From Candidatus Saccharimonadales bacterium (GTDB lineage: Bacteria; Patescibacteriota; Saccharimonadia; Saccharimonadales; UBA4665), in assembly GCA_035480575.1 (NCBI GenBank), contig DATIHR010000022.1:750-64749 (forward strand): a DNA stretch of 64,000 nucleotides. The letters are read 5' to 3'. The position numbers and the translations under genes were made by a program. The notes under the pieces were generated by a model, which made no database searches, was not told the origin of the DNA, and worked only from the letters and a program-made list of their open reading frames with translations. The first letter of the stretch is position 1, and the number at the start of each line of letters is the position of its first letter. Below are positions 47,388-57,292 of the stretch, one piece after another.

Positions 47388-48821
47388 GTGCTGCAAAAAA
47401 TATATGCCAGGCGCCTAAAACGGGCGCCAATTGTTATCTCGGTTTGTTTGGCTCTATTTGCCGGTATTGGACTGGCTCGATATTACCCCGGCGTGTCTTT
47501 TGGTTGGCTTTGGCCTGTTGGCGTTTTGGTGGCGGTAACGCTGCGCAAGCACAATGTGGCTACGTTGCTTTGTTTAGCGCTGCTTGGCTTTGGTATTGGC
47601 TGGTGGCGGGGTTCGGTGGTTATGTACCGTATGGCGCCTTATAGCCAGCTGGCACTAACCAAGGTGACAGTCGTGGGTAGGGCAACGGACGATGCGGTGT
47701 ACGGCGAGCAATCGCAGTTGACATTTGGGTTAAGTGTCGTGCATGTAGTACAGCCAGTGCAGACTGCCTTGCCGGGGACACTTAAAGTATCCGGTTATGG
47801 GGTTGGTGGTGTATATCGGGGTGACAGAGTGGTGGTGTCCGGCAAGTTATACCCAACTCGTGGGAGTAACCAGGCGAGTATCAGTTTTGCCGAGCTAAAG
47901 ATTGTGGAGCGGGGGAGTTCTGGCATTGATGCGTTCCGGCGTAACTTTGCAGCGGGGTTGCAGTCGGCATTGCCCGAACCTTTGGCATCACTGGGCTTGG
48001 GCCTCCTTATTGGGCAGCGCAGCACGTTGCCGGCGGAAGTAACGAGCGTGCTGCTAACTGTTGGCCTAACGCACATAATTGCGGTGTCGGGATACAACCT
48101 GACGATTATTATCCAGGCAGTGCGGCGTCTTATGGGCAAGCGTTCTAAGTTTCAAACTATGGCGGTGTGCTTGCTATTAATGGGTACGTTTTTGTTGATT
48201 ACAGGCAGTAGCCCCTCAATTGTACGCGCTAGCATAATTAGCATGTTAAGTTTAGGTGTTTGGTATTACGGGCGGACCATTAAGCCATTGGTATTGCTGC
48301 TAACAGCAGGCGCGATAAGTGTGCTGCTAACGCCACTATACTTGTGGGGTAACGTTAGCTGGTATTTATCTTTTTTGGCATTTTTTGGTGTGCTGGTGTT
48401 AGCCCCATTGGTGACAAAGCGGCTGTATGGCAGGCGCACTCCAAAAATAATTGGGCAGATCGTTATAGAAAGCTCGTGTGCGCAAATAATGACCGTGCCC
48501 TACGTGCTGTATATATTTGGGCATATTTCATTTGTAGCATTGCCGGCAAATGTGTTGGTGGTGGCTGCTGTGCCGCTGGCAATGCTACTGTCCCTTATTG
48601 CAGGCCTCGCAGGTATGTTCATGCCAATTGTGGCCGGCTGGCTTGCTTGGCCGGCAGCCTGCGTACTGTTGTATATGCTGGATGTTTCCAGCTTACTTGC
48701 CGAGTTGCCATTTGCCGCTAGGAATAACACCTACAGTACTGCTACTGCCATGGCGTGTGCTTATGGCGTTATCGGGTTTGTGGCAGTGCTACTGTGGCGG
48801 CGGGCTGGGTCGGCCAGTTAG
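47388..48821 (+). CDS. comEC: ComEC/Rec2 DNA uptake channel (OB and competence domains, no beta-lactamase domain)
   Basis: GLTHIIAVSGYN, SIVRAS, LSFLAF and SLPANV-type motifs. Confidence 0.92.
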   Translation: MLQKIYARRLKRAPIVISVCLALFAGIGLARYYPGVSFGWLWPVGVLVAVTLRKHNVATLLCLALLGFGIGWWRGSVVMYRMAPYSQLALTKVTVVGRATDDAVYGEQSQLTFGLSVVHVVQPVQTALPGTLKVSGYGVGGVYRGDRVVVSGKLYPTRGSNQASISFAELKIVERGSSGIDAFRRNFAAGLQSALPEPLASLGLGLLIGQRSTLPAEVTSVLLTVGLTHIIAVSGYNLTIIIQAVRRLMGKRSKFQTMAVCLLLMGTFLLITGSSPSIVRASIISMLSLGVWYYGRTIKPLVLLLTAGAISVLLTPLYLWGNVSWYLSFLAFFGVLVLAPLVTKRLYGRRTPKIIGQIVIESSCAQIMTVPYVLYIFGHISFVALPANVLVVAAVPLAMLLSLIAGLAGMFMPIVAGWLAWPAACVLLYMLDVSSLLAELPFAARNNTYSTATAMACAYGVIGFVAVLLWRRAGSAS

Positions 48822-49436
48822 GTAGTCTATTTCGTCACCTTGTCGTGCCCGGCGAATGTAGCCAAACGTTAGCACGGTATCCGGCGGAATATGCTGGTTG
48901 GCTACTGCTTGTAGCGCGACTTCAAGGCTTGGAGGGCATTCGGTGTAAAATTTGAGCCAACCCACATGTATCTGAGGATGTTTATTCGATTTTGATTTAT
49001 TGCCGAGTCTTTTGACTGTTTCTTGGCTGACCTGACGCTCTTGGTGCATACTTGAGCGTGCAAGCTGCCCGCAGAATATTTTGCGATCTGGCTGGCCGCC
49101 CTGCAGTGAGTGGTTGAGACAGGCTGTCCCCACTTTTTTGCTGAACGATGGCAGTGAAGCAAGTTGTTCGTGTATACGATCTGCTATCTCGTCATAGCCC
49201 AGATATGTCAGCTCTGAGTCTGGCGCTGCATTCTGGACGGAGTGCTCGATAAAATTGCCACCAACGATTGGTATGGAAATTTTGTTAGGATCCATAAAGC
49301 GTACCGTGTTGTCGCTAATGGGCATATATTTGGTGACGGTATGCATAAGGGCTACGCTGAGTGCACTAATTACCTCTGGCTTGGGCAATGAAAGGTCTCG
49401 TTTAAAAACAACAATGTCCGGCGAGTGGTTAGGCAT
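48789..49436 (-). CDS. Tandem paralogue C, unknown function
   Basis: Shares IVGGN, PDSxL, PDR, QLA, HIPP and RQG with the next two; start inferred from the shared upstream motif. Confidence 0.65.
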   Translation of the reverse strand: MPNHSPDIVVFKRDLSLPKPEVISALSVALMHTVTKYMPISDNTVRFMDPNKISIPIVGGNFIEHSVQNAAPDSELTYLGYDEIADRIHEQLASLPSFSKKVGTACLNHSLQGGQPDRKIFCGQLARSSMHQERQVSQETVKRLGNKSKSNKHPQIHVGWLKFYTECPPSLEVALQAVANQHIPPDTVLTFGYIRRARQGDEIDYLTGRPSPPPQ

Positions 49437-49487
49437 GCAGCCGAATATAGCATACATTGCCGCTACTGGCTATACGGGGCCTCAGTC

Positions 49488-50120
49488 TTAAAGTCTCAGA
49501 TACTTATCTTGTTCGCTACCTTGCCGTATGCGTTTGACGGGGTCAAATATGAGTTGGCTGTTCGGCGGAATATGTTCGTTCGTTACCTTTATTAAATCCT
49601 CTTCCAATGATTTGGGGCATTGCGTAAGGAACTTTATCCAACGCAAGGCGTGCCGTCGAGAGTATGGAGGTGGCGTTAGGACACCCCCGAGTGCCGTCAA
49701 CGCTGCCTTGCCTAGATGGCGCTCTTCTAGGATGCTGGACTCGGCCAATTGTGTGCCGTACATTTTACGATCGGGTTTTCTGCCTTGTAGCTTATGAGCC
49801 AAAACAGAAATAGTTGTTGGGTCGGCGTACATGGGCGTGGCTGATATTTCTTCTTCTATGGCATCGGCTATTTGATCGTACGTAAGATGTACGAGTTCTG
49901 AATCGGGGTGGGCGGTCCTCATGGCATATGCTATGGCATTACCGCCAACTATACTTATGGCGCACTTTGCCGGATGGCTAAAACGCACCGAGTTTTTGTC
50001 GATAGGCATGTACTGCCCCACGACCCCAATAAGGTTGGCTTGGAGTTCACCAATAACCTGTGGCTCGGGCCAAACAAGCGGCCGCTTAAAGGTAATAATG
50101 TCAGGCGACAGTTCGGGCAT
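49488..50120 (-). CDS. Tandem paralogue B, unknown function
   Basis: Same motifs as paralogue C; ATG follows TATATTCGGCTGC. Confidence 0.65.
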   Translation of the reverse strand: MPELSPDIITFKRPLVWPEPQVIGELQANLIGVVGQYMPIDKNSVRFSHPAKCAISIVGGNAIAYAMRTAHPDSELVHLTYDQIADAIEEEISATPMYADPTTISVLAHKLQGRKPDRKMYGTQLAESSILEERHLGKAALTALGGVLTPPPYSRRHALRWIKFLTQCPKSLEEDLIKVTNEHIPPNSQLIFDPVKRIRQGSEQDKYLRL

Positions 50121-50161
50121 GCAGCCGAATATACCACATACCGCCACTACAGGGCTATACG

Positions 50162-50796
50162 TTACGTTATTTCTAAGTACCGATTTTTTTCGTCGCCCTG
50201 CCTCATTGATCTAACGCGGTCAAATACCATTGGCGTCCCTGGTGGAATGTGATCATTAGTGACTGTTATTAATTCGTTCACTAGAGGTTCGGGGCAGTCA
50301 ACTGCAAACTGTATCCAGGATACGGCATGCCAGGGAACGCGCCTACGTGGCAATGGAATATTGCCAAGCATTCTGAGTGCTGCTTGGCCTATAAAGCGCT
50401 CGTCTAGTATGGGCGATTCAGCTAGCTGTGTGCCGAACACTCTGCGGTCGGGCCGTCCGCCTACCATGCTGTGGGCAAAAGCGTGCGTAGCTAGTGGTTT
50501 GGTGTAGGTGGGAAGGATTGACACCTTTTCTTCTATGGCATCGGCGATCTGGTGCGGGGTTATGTTTGCGAGTGCCGAATCGGGGTCTGCGGTTTTAACG
50601 GCATGTTCAATGACATTGCCGCCTACAATACTTATGGCACAGTTGTTCGGGTTGCTAAAGAGTGCCGAATTCGAATGTATCGACATATAGCCTTTGACAA
50701 CTTGGATAAGGTCGGCCTGAAGCCTGCCGACCACGTCGGCTTCAGGCGAGAGGAGCTGACGTTAAAGACGACAAGATTAGGAGACAGATCGGACAT
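50162..50796 (-). pseudogene. Tandem paralogue A with an apparent 1-nt deletion near 50762
   Basis: The ATG at 50796 gives MSDLSPNLVVF, homologous to MPELSPDIITF; homology then continues in another frame (RQLLSPEADVVGRLQ). Span is 635 nt. Confidence 0.6.
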
Positions 50797-50894
50797 GTAG
50801 CCGAATATACCACACTTGGCTGTTGTTGGCTACAACAGATTGTAAATGGTATAATTATAGCTAGTACAACAGGTGTAAAGGAGTAGAGGCACAC

Positions 50895-51620
50895 GTGAGC
50901 GGACATTCAAAGTGGTCGACCATTAAGCGGGAAAAGGGCGCCAAAGACGCGGCTCGTGGGGCAGTTTTTACTAAACTTGGCAATGCTATTGCCATTGCCG
51001 CACGCAGCGGCACCGACCCAACTACTAACTTTGCCCTTCGCCTGGCAATCGATAAAGCCAAGGCTGCAAACATGCCTCTGGCTAACATTGACCGCGCTAT
51101 TCAACGGGTGGCCGATAAAAACGCCGCACAACTACAAGAGGTTTTGTACGAAGGCTACGGCCCCGGTGGTGTCGCCATTTTGGTAGAAGTAGCCACGGAC
51201 AATATTAACCGCACATATCCCGAGGTAAAACTGGCGTTCAGTAAGCATGGCGGCAATATTGCCGAAAAGGGCGCCGTTGCCTTCCAGTTTGACCACAAAG
51301 GCATGATTCGGGTAACCGGCAGCGGCGATGACCTTATGCTCCAAGCCCTGGACGCGGGTGCCGAAGACGTGCAAGAGGAAGGCGCTGAATCGGTCGTATA
51401 TACCGAGCCCACCGACCTTGCTAAAGTACGCGACACCCTGCGTGAGCAAGGCATAGAGGTCAAAGAAGCAGAGCTCACCTACGTGCCTAATACAACAGTG
51501 GAAGTTACTGATGCAGCAACCGCTGGCAAGATCATGCGCCTCATGGACGCGCTTGATGCTATAGACGACGTAACCAACACGCACGTCAATTTCGATATTG
51601 ACGAATCGTTATTAGGGTAG
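50895..51620 (+). CDS. yebC: YebC/PmpR family protein
   Basis: MSGHSKWSTIK and YEGYGPGGVA. Confidence 0.97.
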   Translation: MSGHSKWSTIKREKGAKDAARGAVFTKLGNAIAIAARSGTDPTTNFALRLAIDKAKAANMPLANIDRAIQRVADKNAAQLQEVLYEGYGPGGVAILVEVATDNINRTYPEVKLAFSKHGGNIAEKGAVAFQFDHKGMIRVTGSGDDLMLQALDAGAEDVQEEGAESVVYTEPTDLAKVRDTLREQGIEVKEAELTYVPNTTVEVTDAATAGKIMRLMDALDAIDDVTNTHVNFDIDESLLG

Positions 51621-51672
51621 ACATGAGTCAATCCAAAACACTACAACTGAACCCCGGTGTTCACATGCACGT

Positions 51673-52140
51673 ATGCGCATTCTAGGCATTGACCCCGGCA
51701 CTGGCATTTTGGGTTTTGGCGTTGTAGACATACAGGGCACAAAATCGCAGCTGGTAGATGCTGGCGTGATCCGTACGCCCGTTAAGGAAGACGATGCTGT
51801 ACGCCTGCAAACTATTTACGACGAGCTAACCGATATTATTGCCGCCACCAAACCCGCCATTATGTCGGTAGAAAAACTGTTTTTTGCCCGTAATGTTACT
51901 ACCGCTATGACTGTTGCGCAGGCTCGTGGCGTGGTGCTCTTGTGTGCTCGTCAGGCGGGGCTGGAGATTTTTGAATACACCCCCTTACAGATCAAGCAGG
52001 CCATTACCGGCTATGGCAAGGCCGACAAAAAACAAATGCAAGAGATGGTCCGAGTACTGTTGGGTCTTAGCGAAGTGCCCAAGCCGGACGATTGCGCGGA
52101 TGCTCTGGCGGCAGCCCTTACCTATGGCATGTATCGGTAG
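51673..52140 (+). CDS. ruvC: Holliday junction resolvase RuvC
   Basis: ILGIDPG, GYGKADKKQ and DDCADALA. Confidence 0.97.
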   Translation: MRILGIDPGTGILGFGVVDIQGTKSQLVDAGVIRTPVKEDDAVRLQTIYDELTDIIAATKPAIMSVEKLFFARNVTTAMTVAQARGVVLLCARQAGLEIFEYTPLQIKQAITGYGKADKKQMQEMVRVLLGLSEVPKPDDCADALAAALTYGMYR

Positions 52141-52185
52141 CTAGGCGTAGTTTGCAATATGCGCCAGGTACGCTAGTCTGATAGT

Positions 52186-52758
52186 ATGTTGCCACAAGAA
52201 GTTTGCGAAGAATTGAGTCACAATTTAGCCGGGCTCAGCCAGCAACTGGCATTGCACAATGCGCAAGATTATCCCCTTCGAGAGCTGTCGCAGTGCGTCC
52301 CGTTCGATACCGAACCCCTGGCCTTTTTACTGGATGAAAAAATTGAGGAGGCAGAACGGGACGCCTACTTGGAAGCAATGGGTAGCATTGCCACCTGGAG
52401 GGTCGGGGTATCAGAAGAAAAGCCGTCTGATACGCATTGGGTGGGTTTGTACGCCAAATACGACGAAACCATAGCTGCTGCACTCGGTTTGAACCGGGGT
52501 TTAATTATCGAAGAGCGCAGGTGCGATTCAGCGGACGAGCCAGACGTTTCGGTACGGTTATTCGCGGAGATGTTTAGTCGTGTAGATGGCGAGTTGCGCA
52601 GCCAAGAAATACTGCTTCTGGACGCACAGGTGGTCGGCGATCCCAATCCCGAGCAGGGAACAAGTACGCCCACTGCCGAGCAGGCCTTAGCTGTTAACGC
52701 ATTGGTAACTGTCGCTCGCGGCATCCTGACATCTGTGTCGGAAGATGATGTACAATAA
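52186..52758 (+). CDS. Hypothetical acidic protein
   Basis: 190-aa ORF between ruvC and ruvA. Confidence 0.6.
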   Translation: MLPQEVCEELSHNLAGLSQQLALHNAQDYPLRELSQCVPFDTEPLAFLLDEKIEEAERDAYLEAMGSIATWRVGVSEEKPSDTHWVGLYAKYDETIAAALGLNRGLIIEERRCDSADEPDVSVRLFAEMFSRVDGELRSQEILLLDAQVVGDPNPEQGTSTPTAEQALAVNALVTVARGILTSVSEDDVQ

Positions 52759-52764
52759 GCCCCT

Positions 52765-53343
52765 ATGATTGCGACACTTACAGGCACGGTTGCCGAAAAA
52801 ACGCTTGACCAGATTGTGCTGGATGTCGGGGGGGTCGGTTATGGGCTACTCGTGCCTGTCGAGGATTATGGCAGTTTAGCAATAGGTAATACATCCAAGC
52901 TGTATATTTACGAGCATATTCGTGAAAATGCACACGACTTATTTGGTTTTTTGACGCAAGATACAAAGCAGTTATTCGAGCAGTTATTGGGCGTCAATGG
53001 TGTGGGGCCAAAAATGGCGCTCAGCGTCTTGAATACGGGTTCTGCTGGCGCGGTACGGACGGCTATTGCTGGTGGCGACACAAAATCCATCCAGAAAGCC
53101 AGCGGTGTTGGCAAGCGGGTTGCAGAACGGATTGTGGTAGACCTTAAGGATAAGGTGGGGTTGGCCGGCGTAGATCTCAGCACGACCGGCATGCTGCAAT
53201 CCGAAAGTATGCTTATTGCCGACGAAGCCGTAGAAGCACTCGTAGCACTTGGTTATACGCCCCAGGATGCCGCTGCTGCGTTACTAAAAGTAGACGAAAC
53301 ATTGCCTACCCCAGAGCGTATTAAACAGGCACTAAAAAGGTAG
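52765..53343 (+). CDS. ruvA: Holliday junction binding protein RuvA
   Basis: VGGVGY, LFGF, GVGPKMAL and ALVALGY. Confidence 0.97.
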   Translation: MIATLTGTVAEKTLDQIVLDVGGVGYGLLVPVEDYGSLAIGNTSKLYIYEHIRENAHDLFGFLTQDTKQLFEQLLGVNGVGPKMALSVLNTGSAGAVRTAIAGGDTKSIQKASGVGKRVAERIVVDLKDKVGLAGVDLSTTGMLQSESMLIADEAVEALVALGYTPQDAAAALLKVDETLPTPERIKQALKR

Positions 53344-53349
53344 CATGGC

Positions 53350-53823
53350 ATGGCAGCAACATCGGAAACATTATGGAAGCCCCACATCGATAATCTTACT
53401 TCTAGTATTGAACGTAGGAGAATCGCACATGACGTTGCCATGGGCGCCGCTACTACGATAATTAAAGACCTCGTGCGTACAGGTTCATTGCCAGACTTTG
53501 CCGTGTTACAACAGTATCTAGACGAAGAAGAAAAAATAATGCAGCTAACTGCCGTACCGTTCCGGACGGAACAATGGAAGCCGCCAAACGTCATTGAATG
53601 CCGGGATATCGTAACTAGTGAACCACGAGGGCATTGGTTGAATATAACAATAGGCAACGATACGTCGAACCGTGGTTTGTGGTTAGCGGCCGCCCGTTGG
53701 GAAAGAGAACGCAACCTAGACTTGTTAAGGACGGATACGGGTTATCCGGTATTGCCCTGTGGCACTGGATACAGGGAGCATGATGTCAGTGTTTCCGATG
53801 CGCTACCAATACCTCGCCGCTAA
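53350..53823 (+). CDS. Hypothetical protein
   Basis: 157-aa ORF between ruvA and ruvB. Confidence 0.55.
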   Translation: MAATSETLWKPHIDNLTSSIERRRIAHDVAMGAATTIIKDLVRTGSLPDFAVLQQYLDEEEKIMQLTAVPFRTEQWKPPNVIECRDIVTSEPRGHWLNITIGNDTSNRGLWLAAARWERERNLDLLRTDTGYPVLPCGTGYREHDVSVSDALPIPRR

Positions 53824-53859
53824 GGTACTTTCTGCGAGGGTGATAAGATAGGTATACAT

Positions 53860-54894
53860 ATGGCAGTGGAGCGGATAGTTACTACGAGTGTTTCTGGTGA
53901 TGACCAGCAAGAGCAAGAGCTGGAGAATACACTGCGCCCCAAGGACTTCGCGAGTTACATTGGCCAGGGGCGCATTAAGCGTAATCTGCGGCTTGCCATA
54001 GAGGCCGCCAAAAAGCGTGGGGAATCGTTGGATCATGTGCTGTTGTACGGCCCGCCGGGCCTGGGCAAGACGACGCTTGCGAGTGTGATTGCTAACGAAA
54101 TGGGTGCCCACATATGCATTACGTCTGGGCCGGCCATCGAGCGGGCGGGCGACTTGGCTAGTTTACTGACCAACCTCGAAGACGGCGACGTATTGTTTAT
54201 CGATGAAATTCACCGCTTGAACCCAACGGTCGAAGAAAAGTTATATTCGGCCATGGAGGATTTTGCCCTTGATATTGTCATTGGTAAGGGGCCGAGCGCT
54301 CGCGCCCTACGGCTGGATGTGCCGAAGTTTACGCTTATAGGCGCAACCACTCGGGCGGGCAGTTTGGCGGCGCCCCTAAGGGACCGGTTTGGCATGATAC
54401 ACCGGCTGGAGTTTTACACGCCCGAAGAGATCCGCCAGATCATCGAGCGCGCGGCCGGCATTTTGCGTGTCACGATCCACCCCGAGGCGGCAGGCGAGCT
54501 GTCGCATAGGTCGCGCCTTACACCGCGTATAGCCAACCGACTCTTAAAACGGGTGCGCGATTATGCCGATGTAAACGGTGACGGTATTATTGACACGTCC
54601 ATTAGCCGCCAAGCGCTGGACCTGCTAGAAGTAGACGCACTGGGCCTTGACCCGGCCGATCGCATGCTGCTGGCAGCGATTATTGAAAACTACAATGGTG
54701 GTCCGGTAGGCATAGAAACCATCGCCGCCCTTACGGCCGAAGAGCGGAGCACTATAGAAGATTTTTACGAACCGTATTTAATGCAAATCGGGCTGCTGGA
54801 GCGAACCCCGCGCGGCCGCAAGGTAACGCCAAAAACGTACAAACATCTCGGCAAGCCGGCTCCTAGGGATGCAGACCAATCAAAACTGCTATAA
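53860..54894 (+). CDS. ruvB: Holliday junction helicase RuvB
   Basis: [17 protein letters not shown] and [10 protein letters not shown]. Confidence 0.98.
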   Translation: MAVERIVTTSVSGDDQQEQELENTLRPKDFASYIGQGRIKRNLRLAIEAAKKRGESLDHVLLYGPPGLGKTTLASVIANEMGAHICITSGPAIERAGDLASLLTNLEDGDVLFIDEIHRLNPTVEEKLYSAMEDFALDIVIGKGPSARALRLDVPKFTLIGATTRAGSLAAPLRDRFGMIHRLEFYTPEEIRQIIERAAGILRVTIHPEAAGELSHRSRLTPRIANRLLKRVRDYADVNGDGIIDTSISRQALDLLEVDALGLDPADRMLLAAIIENYNGGPVGIETIAALTAEERSTIEDFYEPYLMQIGLLERTPRGRKVTPKTYKHLGKPAPRDADQSKLL

Positions 54895-54903
54895 TGCAGT
54901 GAT

Positions 54904-55758
54904 ATGGACTACAATACACCAGACGCAGGCGCTGATAATTTCGGCCGTCCGCAGCCACCATACCAGTTCCCACCGCACCCTGGCCAGCCAAGCAAGGCTC
55001 CCCAGTATGGCGCCCAGCAACAGCACCCGCAGAATCCGTATCAGCCAGTTGCATACGACAACCAAGGCCGTCCTTTGTACGCTCACCCGTCGAATCAACC
55101 GCAAATGATGTACTTTGCCCGGCCCCTCGACGCCAAGCCACAGCCCTTAAGTGAGTACATACAGCGTCGCCATGCAGAATCAGTCAAGAACTTCCCTTCC
55201 CTTAATTTAAGTAATGGCGAGTACATTATTAGTGCCGTCAGTCGCCACCCCATTGGTATTCTGCGCATTTGGGCGGCTGCTTTTTTGGTTATTTTGGCGC
55301 TTATTGGTTTGTTCTCGGTATTATTTACACAAAATACTGGATCTTCGGTGGACACAGCATTTGGTACCGATGTCAGCTCTTTTAACGCCATAGGCATTGG
55401 TGTTATTGCCATTATGATGATTTTAGCCGCTATAGGCGCGCTCATTGGCACCTACGTGTACAATAACAACCGGTTTTATCTAACTAACGAAAGCGTTATC
55501 CAGGAAATACAAAATTCGTTATTTTCCAAGCACGAGCAAACAGTTAGCCTGGCAAACATAGAAGACGCTAGTTTTGAGCAGAGTGGCATTATCCCGACAT
55601 TGCTTAATTATGGACGTATCCGGCTTAGTACCGAGGGCGACGAGACGACATATCGTTTTAACTATGTTGCCGACCCTAAAAAGCACATCGCTGTTCTTAA
55701 TAATGCGGTCGAGGCGTTTAAGAACGGCCGGCCAGTAGACCCCAACGAGGAGGATTGA
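54904..55758 (+). CDS. Membrane protein with a bacterial PH (bPH_2) domain
   Basis: P/Q-rich N-terminus, 2 TMs, FYLTNES...NYGRIRLST. Confidence 0.8.
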   Translation: MDYNTPDAGADNFGRPQPPYQFPPHPGQPSKAPQYGAQQQHPQNPYQPVAYDNQGRPLYAHPSNQPQMMYFARPLDAKPQPLSEYIQRRHAESVKNFPSLNLSNGEYIISAVSRHPIGILRIWAAAFLVILALIGLFSVLFTQNTGSSVDTAFGTDVSSFNAIGIGVIAIMMILAAIGALIGTYVYNNNRFYLTNESVIQEIQNSLFSKHEQTVSLANIEDASFEQSGIIPTLLNYGRIRLSTEGDETTYRFNYVADPKKHIAVLNNAVEAFKNGRPVDPNEED

Positions 55759-55795
55759 CCCCAGGCCCACGTCTTACCGTAGGGGCAAAAAGGCG

Positions 55796-56341
55796 TTAGT
55801 TTATGATGCGTACAAAGGGTGCGTATCTGTTGCGGTGGCCTTTGGGTAGGACAAGTCTGTGCTGCACGGTTTGTGCGCCTGCCCGCATAATTTCTAGGCC
55901 GGTAGCCATGGCTGCTGGAAAATCTTCACTGGGGTCCTCTGGAAAGTTTGTCGGCCTGTTATTGTTGCGCTGGTGGCTGGCTGGAATGTATGGTTGTTCG
56001 GCAGAAGCTCGACGGAAGGTAAATGTATCGTACACCGGGTTCCTGCCTAATGAGCTCTGACTAATTTTTAGTTCGCCGGCGGAAACGCGAAGGTCGCCGC
56101 ATATGGCATGGATCGTTGCGCTGCCAGCGGCTTGCTGTAGATCGTCCGGGCCAAAGATAACGCCTATTGCCAGGTTGCCGGCGTGTAGTTTGGCCTGTAT
56201 GTCCGGATAGATTTTTGTCTCGATGGCAGCGGCAACAACTGTGTTTGCCCATGTCTCTGGGGCATGCGCTAGGCGTTCGCGGCCTGAGCGGGTGGGAATA
56301 TGTAAATTGATATGTTTTTGCGAAAAGTCAAAATCAGCCAT
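55796..56341 (-). CDS. Hypothetical protein
   Basis: 181-aa ORF; TGCTATAGT extended -10 just upstream. Confidence 0.6.
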   Translation of the reverse strand: MADFDFSQKHINLHIPTRSGRERLAHAPETWANTVVAAAIETKIYPDIQAKLHAGNLAIGVIFGPDDLQQAAGSATIHAICGDLRVSAGELKISQSSLGRNPVYDTFTFRRASAEQPYIPASHQRNNNRPTNFPEDPSEDFPAAMATGLEIMRAGAQTVQHRLVLPKGHRNRYAPFVRIIN

Positions 56342-56386
56342 AAGAACTGACTATAGCATCCTTTCGTTGCGAGTGTAACCTGTTGG

Positions 56387-56437
56387 TTAGTTTAGGCTGG
56401 AGCGGGTGTATTTTTCGCCGCCCTCAATCATGACGAC
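56387..56437 (-). repeat. Second copy of the pilin gene 3' end (att-like direct repeat)
   Basis: 49/51 identical to 57995-58045; the first 41 bp are identical. Confidence 0.95.
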
Positions 56438-56516
56438 TTGTACCGCTCCCTCCGTTCCTCGCGAAAATACGCACGCAGCACCCTAGGCACCCGCTTATTG
56501 CAGGCGCAAACCCTGC

Positions 56517-56543
56517 GTCATTCCGGACTTGATCCGGAATCCA
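56517..56543. repeat. REP-like hairpin GTCATTCCGGACTTGATCCGGAATCCA
   Basis: Perfect 8-bp stem ATTCCGGA/TCCGGAAT preceded by GTC. Confidence 0.7.
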
Positions 56544-56554
56544 GGACTAGCCCT

Positions 56555-57286
56555 CTAGTTTGATGAGTTGCCTAAATAACTCTGACCCAAGAAGAACTTA
56601 CCCTTTTCTGTTAAGCCAATTCTTTCGCCCTCTACCTGTACCAGATCGTTTGTGTGCGCCACTGCAATCCCGTCTTTAGGGAGGTCAATACCGACGCGCC
56701 TTCCGAGATCTTTGTCATAGTAAGTGGTAACCCTGCCGCCGTGTTTATAGACCGATTCGGCAATTTCGCCCAAAAAATGGACTAATCCGTTTTTAGCAAA
56801 GGCATTGTATTCTTTTTGCCACACGATCCTCGGGTCCTGTTTGGCGGCTTGTTGTTCCTTTTTTGCCGTGTTAATCTCTGCTTCAAGCGTTCTTTGCGCC
56901 TGGAGCGCTAGGCGCTCCTTTTTGATTTCAATTTTCTCTTCTTCCTCAATCTTTACACGACGTTTATCAACCTTATGCCTTTGTTCTTGCCGATAGGCAT
57001 GTATAAGAACATATTTTGGGACAGGCCATATAAATACGATGGTCAATAACAGTGGCAAAAGATATGCGGGTACTGATGACCAGCCGTGCCAACCAAAAAA
57101 GTATGTGTTTACGTACTCGTTTTTTAAGAGACCGAACTTATCATAGATTTTGTCCTCGCCAGTAAAAAGCGTAGTATAGATGCCTTGCCAATGAAAGGCT
57201 GCCCAAAAGAAAAAATAGGTACCCAACGCGGCCGAGACTACTCTTTTCCGAATCGCTTCTGCTATAGAATCTGTTAGCTCACTCAC
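56555..57286 (-). CDS. Island cargo 2: two TMs, coiled coil and C-terminal winged-helix-like region
   Basis: 243 aa; ends IGLTEKGKFFL; starts 6 nt after cargo 1. Confidence 0.7.
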   Translation of the reverse strand: MSELTDSIAEAIRKRVVSAALGTYFFFWAAFHWQGIYTTLFTGEDKIYDKFGLLKNEYVNTYFFGWHGWSSVPAYLLPLLLTIVFIWPVPKYVLIHAYRQEQRHKVDKRRVKIEEEEKIEIKKERLALQAQRTLEAEINTAKKEQQAAKQDPRIVWQKEYNAFAKNGLVHFLGEIAESVYKHGGRVTTYYDKDLGRRVGIDLPKDGIAVAHTNDLVQVEGERIGLTEKGKFFLGQSYLGNSSN

Positions 57287-57292
57287 TCTTAA

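Noticed and set aside
50755-50770. Programmed -1 frameshift in paralogue A
   Set aside because: No slippery heptamer, and a -1 slip at TTT-AAC would meet TAA.
8641-56379. 11-bp match GTTACACTCGC at 8641 and 56369 (opposite strands)
   Set aside because: Matches of this length are expected many times by chance in 64 kb.
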